Counted from the stretch's first letter, positions 48,100 through 58,188 are shown. The stretch is 64,000 bases of DNA from an uncultured Acidobacteriota bacterium (GCA_963759395.1 CAVWZH010000018.1:94456-158455), one strand, 5' to 3'. Made by a program: numbers and translations. Notes: generated by a model not told the origin, from the sequence alone.

Positions 48100-50330
48100 T
48101 TGAAGGCCGGCAAAGTGGCGACCAACACAGTCCGCAGCCAAACCAATCTCCGGTTGTACATCCTCGCTGGAATTCTGGTGCTGTGGAGCGCCGTAATTTG
48201 TCTTCGCCTGGTCTACCTGCAAATCTTCAGTTACGGTGAGTTTGAGCACCGCGCCCAGCACCAGCAGCAGCGCACGATTGACGTTGCCGCCAGGCGAGGG
48301 ATCATCTACGACCGCGCCGGCCGCGAGCTGGCCATGTCCAACGCCGTGGATTCAGTTTTCGCCGTCCCCACAGAAATTCCCGATCTTGCCGCAACCACTT
48401 CTCTAATTTCCCGCATCACCAAAACCGACCCCCGCGAATTGCTTGGCCGGTGCAAGGCGGACAAAACATTTTGCTGGATCGCGCGCAAAGCCGATGCCGA
48501 GACCGCCGCTCGCATCCGGTCGCTGAATCTTCGCGGCATCTACTTTCAGAAGGAATCCAAGCGTTTCTATCCTAAGAGCGGGCTGGCCGCGCAGGTCATC
48601 GGTTATGTGGGCACCGATGATGAAGGGCTTAGCGGCATCGAGCGCGCCTACGACGAAAAACTCCATGGCAAACCCGGCCAGATGTTGATCTCAGTCGACG
48701 CCCGGCGCAAGTGGTTCGGCAGCGTAGAGAAACAGCCCGATCCGGGCGAAAACATCGTCCTGACCATCGATGAAAAAATCCAGTACATCGCCGAGCGCGA
48801 ACTGGAAACGGCGATGCAACAAACCCACGCCGTGACCGGCACAGTCATTGTCGAAAATCCGCATACCGGAGAAATTCTGGCTCTGGCCAACCGGCCCACG
48901 TTTAATCCCAACCTGACCCGGGAAATCACACTCGCCAAGCTGAAAAACCACGCGGTCAGCGATGTGTACGAGCCAGGCTCAACATTTAAGCTGGTCACGA
49001 TTTCTGCTGCGCTGAATGAAAAACTTACCCGGCCTGATGAAGTCTTCGATTGCCAGATGGGATCGATCGTCTTCAACGGCATGCGGATCCGCGACAGTAA
49101 GCCACACGGCCTGCTCCCGGTGTCGGACATTCTGGCCGAATCGAGCGACGTTGGCTCCATTAAGATTGGCATGCGGCTGGGCGACGACCGTTTTTACAAA
49201 TATATTCACTCATTCGGATTCGGACAGCAGACCGGTATCGAACTGCCGGGCGAAACCAGAGGCTTAAGCAAACCGCCGAGTCGCTGGTCGAAAGTCTCCA
49301 TCGCCGCCATTTCGATGGGACAGGAAATCGGTATTACTCCCCTGCAACTTGCCGGGTTGATCTCCACTATGGCCAACGACGGCGTCTGGGTGGCGCCTCG
49401 TATTGTTGCCGCCACCACTGAACCGCAGAGCGCCCCGCAACTGATTGCATTTCATCCCATCGACCAGCGGCGGGTGATTTCTTCGCTGACTGCAGCGCAG
49501 ATGCGCCAGATGATGCAGGGCGTCGTGCTGCACGGCACCGGGAAAAAAGCGATCCTTGAAGGCTACAGCTCGGCGGGTAAAACCGGCACCGCGCAGGAAG
49601 TGGATCCGGCCACGCACGCCTATTCCCACACCAAGTACGTCGCCACATTTGCCGGCTTTGCTCCGGTCAACAATCCGGCAATTACTGTGGTCGTGATCTT
49701 GGACTCGGCCGTGGGTTTGCATCAGGGTGGTCAGGTCTCCGCCCCAGTTTTTCAACGCATCACACAGCAAGTTCTGGAGTATCTACACGTCCCGCACGAT
49801 GTCGAATTGCCGCTCAGCCGCCAATTGCTATTGGCCGAGCAAAAAGTCAAGGATCAAGACCTGGCCGAAGGCTCGCCCGACCATCTTGGTGATCGGCTGG
49901 ACATGGCAGATGCTGAGGCCGCATCATCGACGCCGCCAGTGGCCGCCGCCAAAGTTTCGTCCCAGGTCCTGACTAACGGTGTCGTTCAGGCGGCGCTGCG
50001 TGAGCGAGGTTCAGATGCCTCGGTCGAGAGAAAGTCCAACCACTGGAAAGTGGAATCAAGCTGGAACGAGCTCAAGATCCGGCTAATCAAGCCCCACAGG
50101 ACGCCTTGGCTCAGTCCCCCACTTCCGGCACGGTGGTTCTGGACGTAACTCCGGTTGGAACCGTAGTTCCCTCCTTCCTGGGCAAGACGGTTCGGTCGGC
50201 AATCGAGCTAGCGGAAGAGAACGGCTTGGATCTGGACGCGGTGGGCAGTGGAGTCGCGCGGGACCAGTCGCCAGGGCCGGGGTCTCGCGTCGCTGCCGGC
50301 GCGAAGGTCACGGTGCACTTCGGACGTTAG
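48100..50330 (+). CDS. ftsI: peptidoglycan D,D-transpeptidase FtsI (class B PBP) with C-terminal PASTA domain, interrupted by a frameshift (ORFs 48100..50148 and 50106..50330)
   Basis: PBP dimerisation and transpeptidase motifs (STFK, SSD?/SxN region, KTGT). The 50106 ORF (VVPSFLGKTVRSAIELAEENGLDLDAVGSG...) looks like a PASTA domain. Its frame is open from 50004, so the shift lies in 50004-50148, probably at gagagaaag. Confidence 0.85.
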
Positions 50331-50399
50331 CCAGATCCATCTAGGTCGGAATACCTGTCCGTACAAACGATGCAACTCTGTACCATATAATTTACTTCA

Positions 50400-51923
50400 A
50401 TGACGTTCCTTCAGGTCCTCGACGGTGCGGAGATCCTCGTCCAGACCGGCAATCCCAACATTAGCGGAGTCGAGTACGACTCGCGCAAGGTGAAGCCGGG
50501 GGATTTGTTTGTCGCTATCCGCGGCGAGTCGAGCGATGGAAACAAGTTCATCGATCGATCCATCGCGGCGGGAGCGGTTGCGATTGTCACCGATTCCGCC
50601 GGCGAGAATCCGCGTCCAGGGGTCGCGTGGGCGCAAGTGGCGCATGGCCGCCGCGCTTTGGCCCGGCTGAGCGCAAACTTCTATAAACGCCCGGCTGAGC
50701 GCCTGGCGGTCACCGGAATCACCGGAACCAACGGCAAAAGCACGACTGCATTTCTGGTGGAATCCATACTGAACGCTGCCGGACGAAAGAGCGCTCTGAT
50801 CGGAACCATCGAGTATCACGTCGCGGGCAAAACTTTGCCGGCCCCGCACACCACACCCGAAGCTTTGGAGCTCAATCACATGTTGGCGGAGGCAATTGCG
50901 CACGGCACCACTGAAGGGGTGATGGAAGTCTCATCGCATGCCCTTGCTCAGCAACGCGTGTTCGGGATTCCGTTTGACGTTGCCGTGTTCACCAACCTGA
51001 CTCGCGACCATCTCGATTATCACGGCACAATGGAAGAATATTTTGTCGCCAAGCGGCGGCTTTTCGAAGGTTGCGGTACCGAAGCGCCACGCTCGGCGGT
51101 CATTAACCTGGATGACGAGTGGGGCCGGAAACTGGTCCCCATCAGCAAACGGCATGGTTCTCAGGTACTCGGTTACGGGCTGGCGAACGGGGATTTCCAG
51201 GCGAAAAAAGTGGACATAACCGAGCACGGGACACGCTTTGATCTGATTACGCCGGAAGGCATTGTTCCTCTGTTCTCTCCCCTGATTGGTGCGGTGAACG
51301 TCTACAACATTCTTGCCGCAGCGGGGGCGGCCTACGCTCGCCAATGCAAAACGGAAGCACTTGCCCATGGAGTGGCAGCGCTGGCCCGTGTCCCGGGCCG
51401 CTTCGAGCGTGTGGACTGCGGCCAGCCCTTCACGGTTGTGGTGGATTACGCCCATACCGACGATGCCCTGCGTAATCTCACCGCAATGGCGCGTGACTTT
51501 GTGCAGCGCGCCGGCCAAAAACAGCGAGTGATTACTCTTTTTGGATGTGGCGGGGACCGCGACCGTACGAAACGCCCGTTGATGGGCGAAGCAGCCGCGC
51601 GCGGCAGCGACTTCGTGGTTCTGACATCCGACAATCCGCGAAGCGAAGATCCGCTGGCCATCATGAATGATGCGGTCGTCGGTCTGCAGCGCTCTGGGGC
51701 AAAATATGTGATGGAGCCCGACCGCAAGGCGGCAATCGCGCTCGCCACACGCGAGGCCGCACCGGGCGATATCGTGCTGATTGCAGGCAAGGGACACGAA
51801 AAGGTACAGATTTTGCGGGATGGCGCCGTTCCCTTCGACGACGTGGAAGCGGCACAGCAAATTCTGCGCCAGGCGGGATATGACTGCGATGCCGCAAAAG
51901 CGGCTGCGGGAAAGAATTCATGA
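50400..51923 (+). CDS. murE: UDP-N-acetylmuramoyl-L-alanyl-D-glutamate--2,6-diaminopimelate ligase
   Basis: 507 aa with GITGTNGKSTT and a DNPR motif (TSDNPRSEDP), in dcw order. Confidence 0.95.
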   Translation: MTFLQVLDGAEILVQTGNPNISGVEYDSRKVKPGDLFVAIRGESSDGNKFIDRSIAAGAVAIVTDSAGENPRPGVAWAQVAHGRRALARLSANFYKRPAERLAVTGITGTNGKSTTAFLVESILNAAGRKSALIGTIEYHVAGKTLPAPHTTPEALELNHMLAEAIAHGTTEGVMEVSSHALAQQRVFGIPFDVAVFTNLTRDHLDYHGTMEEYFVAKRRLFEGCGTEAPRSAVINLDDEWGRKLVPISKRHGSQVLGYGLANGDFQAKKVDITEHGTRFDLITPEGIVPLFSPLIGAVNVYNILAAAGAAYARQCKTEALAHGVAALARVPGRFERVDCGQPFTVVVDYAHTDDALRNLTAMARDFVQRAGQKQRVITLFGCGGDRDRTKRPLMGEAAARGSDFVVLTSDNPRSEDPLAIMNDAVVGLQRSGAKYVMEPDRKAAIALATREAAPGDIVLIAGKGHEKVQILRDGAVPFDDVEAAQQILRQAGYDCDAAKAAAGKNS

Positions 51924-53320
51924 AGCTGCCGTTGTCGCGAATCGCGGAGTTCCTTGCTGCGGAAGGGGCGTTCAACCGGGAAGCGCTCGCCGAGGGGTAC
52001 TCGATTGACTCCCGCACGCTGCGGCCGGGCGAACTTTTCTTTGCCGTGCAGGGTGAACGCCTCGACGGACACGATTTCGTAGAGCAGTCGCTGGAAAAAG
52101 GCGCGGTCGCAGCCGTTATCCGCCGCGACCAGCTGGGTCGCTATCCGGGAGAAACCCGACTACTTGCTGTCAGCGACACTTTGACCGCATTGCAAACCCT
52201 TGCCACTGCGGTGCGCCGCTTGTGGGGAAAAACTCTGATTGGGGTGACCGGATCGACGGGAAAAACCACCACCAAAGAAGCGATTGCGCACGTGCTCTCA
52301 GTGCGTCTTCGCGTGCTGAAATCGGAGGGCAATTTCAACAATCATTTCGGGTTACCTCTGATGCTGTTGAAGCTCGAGCCCCAGCACGAAGCCGCAGTCA
52401 TCGAGATGGGCATGTCACATGCGGGCGAGATAGCCGCCCTGGCCAGGATTGCTTATCCCGACGTGGGAGTTGTCACCAATGTTGCTCCGGTGCACCTGGA
52501 GTTTTTCAAGTCCGTGGCTGATATTGCGCGGGCCAAGTACGAGTTGATCGAATCTCTTCACGCCGGTGGAACTGCGGTGCTGAATGCGGACGACCAATAC
52601 GTTTCGCAGTTCGGACGCGATTTTCACGGCAAGGTGTTGATGTATGGCTTGCAATCCTCCGCCGATGTGCGTGCCGAATCGATCGAAATGCATGGCTCTG
52701 AGGGTTCGACGTTTGACGTCGTCATTGACAGTTGCCGCGAGAAAGCCAGATTGCGGTTGGTCGGGCGGCACAATATCTACAACGCGCTGGCGGCAGTGGC
52801 TGTTGGGCTCGAAAGCGGCTTGACTCCTTCCGAGGCGGTCGCCGCCCTGGCCTCGTTGGCTCCAGCGGAAAAACGCGGCGAGGTCGTTCAGGTGGGTAAC
52901 ATCACCATCGTCAACGATTGCTACAATTCCAATCCGGTAGCTTTGCAAGCGATGGTCGATGCGCTCGTGGCCATGCCAGCTCGGCGGCGAATCGTGGTGG
53001 CGGGCGAAATGCTCGAGCTGGGACCGGTGGCTGAGGAGATGCACCGCAACTCTGGCCGGCATATGGCTCAGAGCAAAATTGACGCCGTGCTTGGAGTGCG
53101 GGGGGTGGCGCGGGCTCTGGTGGAAGCCGCACGCGAAGCAGGAACTCGGGCAGAGTTTGTGGCCACACCCGAAGAAGCGGGCGATTGGCTGTTGCGCGAA
53201 ACACGCGAGGGTGATGTGGTGTTGCTCAAAGCCTCGCGCGGTGTGAAACTCGAACGGGCACTGGAACGAGTGGTCAGTGCGCTGTCGCCCGTGGGCGGGA
53301 AAAGCAAAGCCCGCGGCTGA
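51920..53320 (+). CDS. murF: UDP-N-acetylmuramoyl-tripeptide--D-alanyl-D-alanine ligase
   Basis: 466 aa with GVTGSTGKTTTKE. ATGA overlap with murE. Confidence 0.93.
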   Translation: MKLPLSRIAEFLAAEGAFNREALAEGYSIDSRTLRPGELFFAVQGERLDGHDFVEQSLEKGAVAAVIRRDQLGRYPGETRLLAVSDTLTALQTLATAVRRLWGKTLIGVTGSTGKTTTKEAIAHVLSVRLRVLKSEGNFNNHFGLPLMLLKLEPQHEAAVIEMGMSHAGEIAALARIAYPDVGVVTNVAPVHLEFFKSVADIARAKYELIESLHAGGTAVLNADDQYVSQFGRDFHGKVLMYGLQSSADVRAESIEMHGSEGSTFDVVIDSCREKARLRLVGRHNIYNALAAVAVGLESGLTPSEAVAALASLAPAEKRGEVVQVGNITIVNDCYNSNPVALQAMVDALVAMPARRRIVVAGEMLELGPVAEEMHRNSGRHMAQSKIDAVLGVRGVARALVEAAREAGTRAEFVATPEEAGDWLLRETREGDVVLLKASRGVKLERALERVVSALSPVGGKSKARG

Positions 53321-53324
53321 CGAT

Positions 53325-53352
53325 TAACCACTGGCGACCGCAGACTGACGCT
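53325..53352. repeat. degenerate heptamers (taaccac tggcgac cgcagac tgacgct) in the murF-mraY spacer
   Basis: Read directly. Same wording as the scoA/scoB element (taaccac tagccac tgaccac). Confidence 0.55.
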
Positions 53353-53365
53353 GGGCGGAGGCTGA

Positions 53366-54499
53366 TTGCTCTATTGGCTGCTGTATCTGAAGCTCTACCA
53401 TTACTTTCCGCCTTTCCGCATCTTCCGTTATTTAACTTTCCGCACCGCATTCGCCAGCCTCACTGCGCTCTTCACTGCACTGATTGTTGGGCCGCTGGTC
53501 ATCAATCGCCTGCGCGATTTTCAGATCGGGCAGTTCATCCGCGACGAAGGCCCGAAGGCACACCAGAAAAAAGCGGGTACCCCTACGATGGGAGGATTGC
53601 TGATTGCCATTTCCATCGTGGTGCCGACTTTATTGTGGGCGGATCTGAGCAATCGGTTCGTCTGGTTGGCAGTGTTCGCTACTTGCGCGTTCGCTGCCAT
53701 CGGCTTCGCGGACGACTACACCAAAGTTGTGCACCGGCGCAACTTGGGACTGACCGGCAAAGCAAAACTCGGACTGCAAATCGCTACCAGTTTTCTCATC
53801 GCAGTCGCTCTCATCGCCATGCAGACCCGGGGCCTTTATTCCACCCGGCTGCTGGTTCCCTTCTTCAAGCAATTTAGGCCCGACCTGGTCATCGAACGGC
53901 TGGTGAACTCTCCACAACTCTGGCCATTGGCCTTTCTTCCCTTCATCCTGTTCGTGATTCTCGTAATCGTTGGCTCCAGCAATGCCGTAAATCTCACTGA
54001 CGGACTCGATGGCCTGGCGATCGGCTGCACCGTGATCGCAGCCGGCGCGCTGGCCGTGCTCACCTATCTCAGCGGGCATGCCACCTTCGCCGCGTATCTC
54101 GACCTGCAGCGCATGCCCGACGTGGGTGAGTTGACCATATTTTGCGGCGCCATGGTGGGAGCGTCGATCGGGTTTCTGTGGTACAACGCCCATCCCGCGG
54201 AAGTGTTCATGGGAGATGTCGGCTCGCTTGCGTTAGGCGGCGCCATCGGGACCGTCGCAGTGATGATCAAGCAGGAGTTGCTGCTGCCCTTTATCGGCGG
54301 AGTCTTCGTGATCGAGGCGGTATCGGTCATCCTGCAAGTCGGCTCCTACAAATTGCGCAAAAAGCGCATTTTCAAGATGGCGCCGTTGCACCATCATTTT
54401 GAGCTGCTGGGCTGGTCGGAATCAAAAATCATCGTCCGCTTCTGGATTGCGTCGCTGGTGTTCGCGCTGTTCGCCTTGACGACGTTAAAGCTGCGATGA
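53366..54499 (+). CDS. mraY: phospho-N-acetylmuramoyl-pentapeptide-transferase
   Basis: 377 aa polytopic membrane protein with [23 protein letters not shown] and HHHFE motifs. Confidence 0.95.
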   Translation: MLYWLLYLKLYHYFPPFRIFRYLTFRTAFASLTALFTALIVGPLVINRLRDFQIGQFIRDEGPKAHQKKAGTPTMGGLLIAISIVVPTLLWADLSNRFVWLAVFATCAFAAIGFADDYTKVVHRRNLGLTGKAKLGLQIATSFLIAVALIAMQTRGLYSTRLLVPFFKQFRPDLVIERLVNSPQLWPLAFLPFILFVILVIVGSSNAVNLTDGLDGLAIGCTVIAAGALAVLTYLSGHATFAAYLDLQRMPDVGELTIFCGAMVGASIGFLWYNAHPAEVFMGDVGSLALGGAIGTVAVMIKQELLLPFIGGVFVIEAVSVILQVGSYKLRKKRIFKMAPLHHHFELLGWSESKIIVRFWIASLVFALFALTTLKLR

Positions 54500-54523
54500 T
54501 TGTGCACTACAAAGTTACGGAGA

Positions 54524-54544
54524 AAAGCTAAAGGCTAAGAGCCA
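54524..54544. repeat. 3 tandem heptamers (aaagcta aaggcta agagcca) abutting the murD ATG
   Basis: Read directly from the sequence. Confidence 0.55.
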
Positions 54545-56095
54545 ATGGCTGAATTCAGCAACCAACGCGTGCTGGTGGTTGGCCTGGGCAAGTCGGGCGT
54601 GGCGTCGGCGCTGTTTCTGAAGGCGCATGGCGCACAAGTCACGGTCTCGGACGCCAAGCCACCAGACCAACTGGGCGAAGAGATCACGCTCCTGCTCGAT
54701 CACGGAATCACAGTCGAAACCGGCGGGCACGGTGAGCGTACATTTCGGGGGCAGGACTTGATCGTTGTCAGCCCCGGAGTGCCGGTGGACTCGCCGATGC
54801 TGGTGCAGGCGCGCGCCCTGGGTGAAAAGGTAATAGGAGAGATCGAACTCGCGGCGCGCTTTCTGCCGAAGAACATTGTGGCGATCACCGGTTCCAACGG
54901 CAAAACGACCACGACCAGTCTGACCGGCGAAATTTTAGCTGCTGGAGGCAAGCCGACCGTGGTTGGCGGCAACATCGGGACACCCGCAATTTCTTTGGTA
55001 GATCAAGCGACGCCGGAGAGCGTCGTGGTGCTTGAAGTTTCCAGCTTTCAACTGGAGACCATCGAGACTTTCCGGCCCAAAATCGCGGTGGTCCTCAATG
55101 TGACGCCCGATCATTTGGATCGTCATAAAACGTTCCAGGCATATGTCGACGCGAAGGCGCGCATTTTTGAGAATCAGCAGGCCGACGATTTCGCGGTGCT
55201 CAACGCAGATGACGCCGCGTGCGTGGCGCTCGCAAGTCGCGCGCGAGCGCCAGTCTTCTGGTTCAGCCGGAAGAAGGAGGTGCAGCAGGGAGCGTACACA
55301 CGCGCAGGACAAACCTTTTTTCGCGGACCGAACGGGCAGGTGGAAATCATGCTTACGTCCGAGGTCCCGCTAAAGGGCGCGCACAATCTGGAAAATGTTT
55401 TGGCAGCAATCTGCGCGGGCGCGCTGATGGGCTGCGCCGCGGAGAAGATTCGCCAGGCCGTGCGTGGGTTCAAGGCCGTGGAGCACCGGTTGGAGTATGT
55501 GGCGACGATCCGGGGCGTGGAGTACTACAACGACTCCAAGGCGACAAATGTGGACGCAACCATCAAGGCGGTGGAGTCATTCCCGGCAAACATTCATTTG
55601 ATTCTTGGCGGCAAAGATAAGGGCAGCGACTACAGCCTGCTCAACGATTTGCTACGCCAGCGAGTGAAACGCGTTTACACGATCGGAGCGGCGGCGGCGA
55701 AGATCGAGTCGCAGATTCAGGGTGCTGAAGTCGTGCACGCAGAGACATTGGAGAACGCGGTAAAACACGCGGCAGGCTCGGCGGAGCGGGGTGATGTGGT
55801 GCTGCTGGCGCCGGCCTGTGCCAGCTTCGATCAGTTTCGTAACTATGAGCACCGCGGGCGAGTCTTCAAGGAAGCTGTACAGGAGCTGACCAAGCAGCGC
55901 CAGGTGAGAGGCGAGAATCTGCGAAGTGTTCCGCACGGAACACCTGTGGAAAAGCAAAAAGCATATGGAGCTAAGTTGTTGATACGAATTTTTGCCATTG
56001 ATGGGATGAGAGTTACCGGCGGCTTGGTAGGGATACTTTCGTGTACATGCGGATCCACGAAAGTGGACTTGACTTCCCACCCTCGGCGGCGATGA
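54545..56095 (+). CDS. murD: UDP-N-acetylmuramoylalanine--D-glutamate ligase with ~68-aa non-homologous C-terminal extension
   Basis: VVGLGKSGVA and GSNGKTTTT motifs. The conserved end ...CASFDQFRNYEHRGRVFKEAVQEL is reached at ~55889, but the ORF continues to 56095. Confidence 0.92.
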   Translation: MAEFSNQRVLVVGLGKSGVASALFLKAHGAQVTVSDAKPPDQLGEEITLLLDHGITVETGGHGERTFRGQDLIVVSPGVPVDSPMLVQARALGEKVIGEIELAARFLPKNIVAITGSNGKTTTTSLTGEILAAGGKPTVVGGNIGTPAISLVDQATPESVVVLEVSSFQLETIETFRPKIAVVLNVTPDHLDRHKTFQAYVDAKARIFENQQADDFAVLNADDAACVALASRARAPVFWFSRKKEVQQGAYTRAGQTFFRGPNGQVEIMLTSEVPLKGAHNLENVLAAICAGALMGCAAEKIRQAVRGFKAVEHRLEYVATIRGVEYYNDSKATNVDATIKAVESFPANIHLILGGKDKGSDYSLLNDLLRQRVKRVYTIGAAAAKIESQIQGAEVVHAETLENAVKHAAGSAERGDVVLLAPACASFDQFRNYEHRGRVFKEAVQELTKQRQVRGENLRSVPHGTPVEKQKAYGAKLLIRIFAIDGMRVTGGLVGILSCTCGSTKVDLTSHPRRR

Positions 56096-56142
56096 GCGCG
56101 GCAAGCGGCGTGCCTATTTTTCCTGGTAGCGGTCTTGCTGAT

Positions 56143-56346
56143 TCATCTTTTCCGGAACGGACCACGTATCCCGAGAAGGAGCATACTCGCACCAAACGCG
56201 AGGAGCGCTAGCCCCCAAAGCAGATTGACGTTGATGCCCAGCGAGCGAGCATAAATGGCGCGGTCGCTGGTGAAGCCATAAATCGTCAGAACGACGCCGA
56301 AAACTGAAAACATAAGGCCGATCGGCGTGCGGATATCCAAGCCCAT
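56143..56346 (-). CDS. hypothetical small two-TM membrane protein (67 aa)
   Basis: ATG 56346 with a GGAG SD, 12 nt after the symporter stop. Two hydrophobic segments. Confidence 0.5.
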   Translation of the reverse strand: MGLDIRTPIGLMFSVFGVVLTIYGFTSDRAIYARSLGINVNLLWGLALLAFGASMLLLGIRGPFRKR

Positions 56347-56358
56347 ACGTAACTCCGA

Positions 56359-58155
56359 TCACCAGAAAATCAGATTCAGCACCACCGCAATCCCGAGAAC
56401 AATCGCGCCCAGCACCGCGGGTCGCGCATACCAGGCCACATGCTTCTCGCTTGGCCTTTCGGTCAAGGAATACACCAAGCCGACCAGGTTTTTCTCCTTC
56501 GGCGCAACCGTGCACAAACTGACGAGAACGGTAACGGCAAAACAAACAGACCAAGCCCAAATCGCGGTCCAAAAATTTTGGGCCATTTCGCTGGGATACG
56601 TGTGAATCGCGCCCAGCCACCCACCTTTAATACCAACGCCCCCGCCCATGGGCAGGGTCAGCCCCTGATGAATGGCCGCGGCCGCTGTTCCAGAAAGCAA
56701 TCCGAAAAATGCACCGTGCCCAGTTGTCCGCTTCCAGAACATGCCGAGGAGGAAGGTCGCAAACACCGGTGCGTTCACGAACGCAAATACTAACTGCAGA
56801 AAATCCATAATGTTATTGAAGCGCGATGCTGCGTACGCTGCGGCCACAGAGAGCGTGATTCCAAACACTGTGGCCACGTGGCCCATCCATAGATAGTGGG
56901 CATCGTTTTCGTTGGGCTTTATGTAGGACTGATAAATATCGTAAGTCCACACAGTGTTGAACGCAGTCACATTGCCCGCCATGCCAGACATGAAACTGGC
57001 CAGGAGGGCGGTGAGCCCCAGCCCAAGAATTCCAGTAGGAAAGTAATGAAGCAACATATTCGGGATTGCGAGATCGTAGTCGAGAATGGGCTTCCCGTCT
57101 GCGTCAAGTTTCGGAGCGCCCGTGGTCTCATCCAATTTCGCGGGAATCAGACCTTTGCCAGTTGGCCTGAAGATCTGCGCCTGCCCTTTACCAGCCTCTA
57201 CCGAGGTCGCGATGGGAGTTGGCAGCGCGATCGCAATCATGCCGGGAAGAATCACCAGGGCTGGAAACACCATTTTTGGCAAAGCTGCGATCAGCGGTGT
57301 ACGGCGAGCCGCGCTCATGGAGTCCGCCGCCATGGCCCGCTGAACGACTAGGAAATCAGTACACCAATAACCGAACGAAAGCACAAAGCCCAGTCCCATG
57401 ACCAGCCCAAATGCATCCACGCCAAATGGATTGGTGTGCGGGCTCGACATGCCGTGCCAGGAATGAGTGAAAGAGGCGGGGAGTTGGTGTTTCAAACCGC
57501 TCCAACCGCCAACGTTCTTGAGGCCAAGAAACGCCAGCGGAAGAAAACCCGCGATGATGAGAAAAAACTGCAAGACCTCGTTGTAAATCGCGCTGCTGAG
57601 CCCGCCGAGGAAAATGTAGCCCAGCACGATTAACGCAGAAAACAGGACGCTCACATGGAAAGTCCAGGTGGTCGTTACCCCGAGGGCTGCCAAGGGGCGA
57701 TCCAGGATGTGCATGGTCTGAATCAGCTTCGCCATGGCGTACATCGAAATGCCGGAAGAAAACACTGTCATGATGGCAAAGGAGATGGCGTTTACGGCGC
57801 GGGTTTTCTCGTCGAAACGCAACCGCAGATACTCGGGGACCGACCGCGCCCGAGACCCGTAGTAAAACGGCATCATGAAGACGCCCACGAACACCATGGC
57901 GGGAATGGCACCGATCCAATAAAAATGGCTAGTGGCGAGGCCATACTTGGCGCCGGAAGCGCCCATGCCGATTACTTCCTGCGCTCCCAGGTTGGCCGAA
58001 AGGTAGGCCAGGCCACAAATCCACGCAGGGAGGGAGCGACCGGCGAGAAAAAAGTCGGCACTGGTTTTGACGTAGCGCTTCAGGACAACGCCAATGCCCA
58101 ACACAAAGGCGAAGTAGACCGCCATGAGCAGCCAATCGACGGCGGTTAGATTCAC
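56359..58155 (-). CDS. sodium:solute symporter family (SGLT-like) transporter
   Basis: 598 aa polytopic membrane protein with an SSS-family N-terminus (FFLAGRSLPAW...). Lies downstream of galK. Confidence 0.9.
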   Translation of the reverse strand: MNLTAVDWLLMAVYFAFVLGIGVVLKRYVKTSADFFLAGRSLPAWICGLAYLSANLGAQEVIGMGASGAKYGLATSHFYWIGAIPAMVFVGVFMMPFYYGSRARSVPEYLRLRFDEKTRAVNAISFAIMTVFSSGISMYAMAKLIQTMHILDRPLAALGVTTTWTFHVSVLFSALIVLGYIFLGGLSSAIYNEVLQFFLIIAGFLPLAFLGLKNVGGWSGLKHQLPASFTHSWHGMSSPHTNPFGVDAFGLVMGLGFVLSFGYWCTDFLVVQRAMAADSMSAARRTPLIAALPKMVFPALVILPGMIAIALPTPIATSVEAGKGQAQIFRPTGKGLIPAKLDETTGAPKLDADGKPILDYDLAIPNMLLHYFPTGILGLGLTALLASFMSGMAGNVTAFNTVWTYDIYQSYIKPNENDAHYLWMGHVATVFGITLSVAAAYAASRFNNIMDFLQLVFAFVNAPVFATFLLGMFWKRTTGHGAFFGLLSGTAAAAIHQGLTLPMGGGVGIKGGWLGAIHTYPSEMAQNFWTAIWAWSVCFAVTVLVSLCTVAPKEKNLVGLVYSLTERPSEKHVAWYARPAVLGAIVLGIAVVLNLIFW

Positions 58156-58188
58156 CTTGGGGTCCTGTTCACGAAATAAGGGTGCGGG

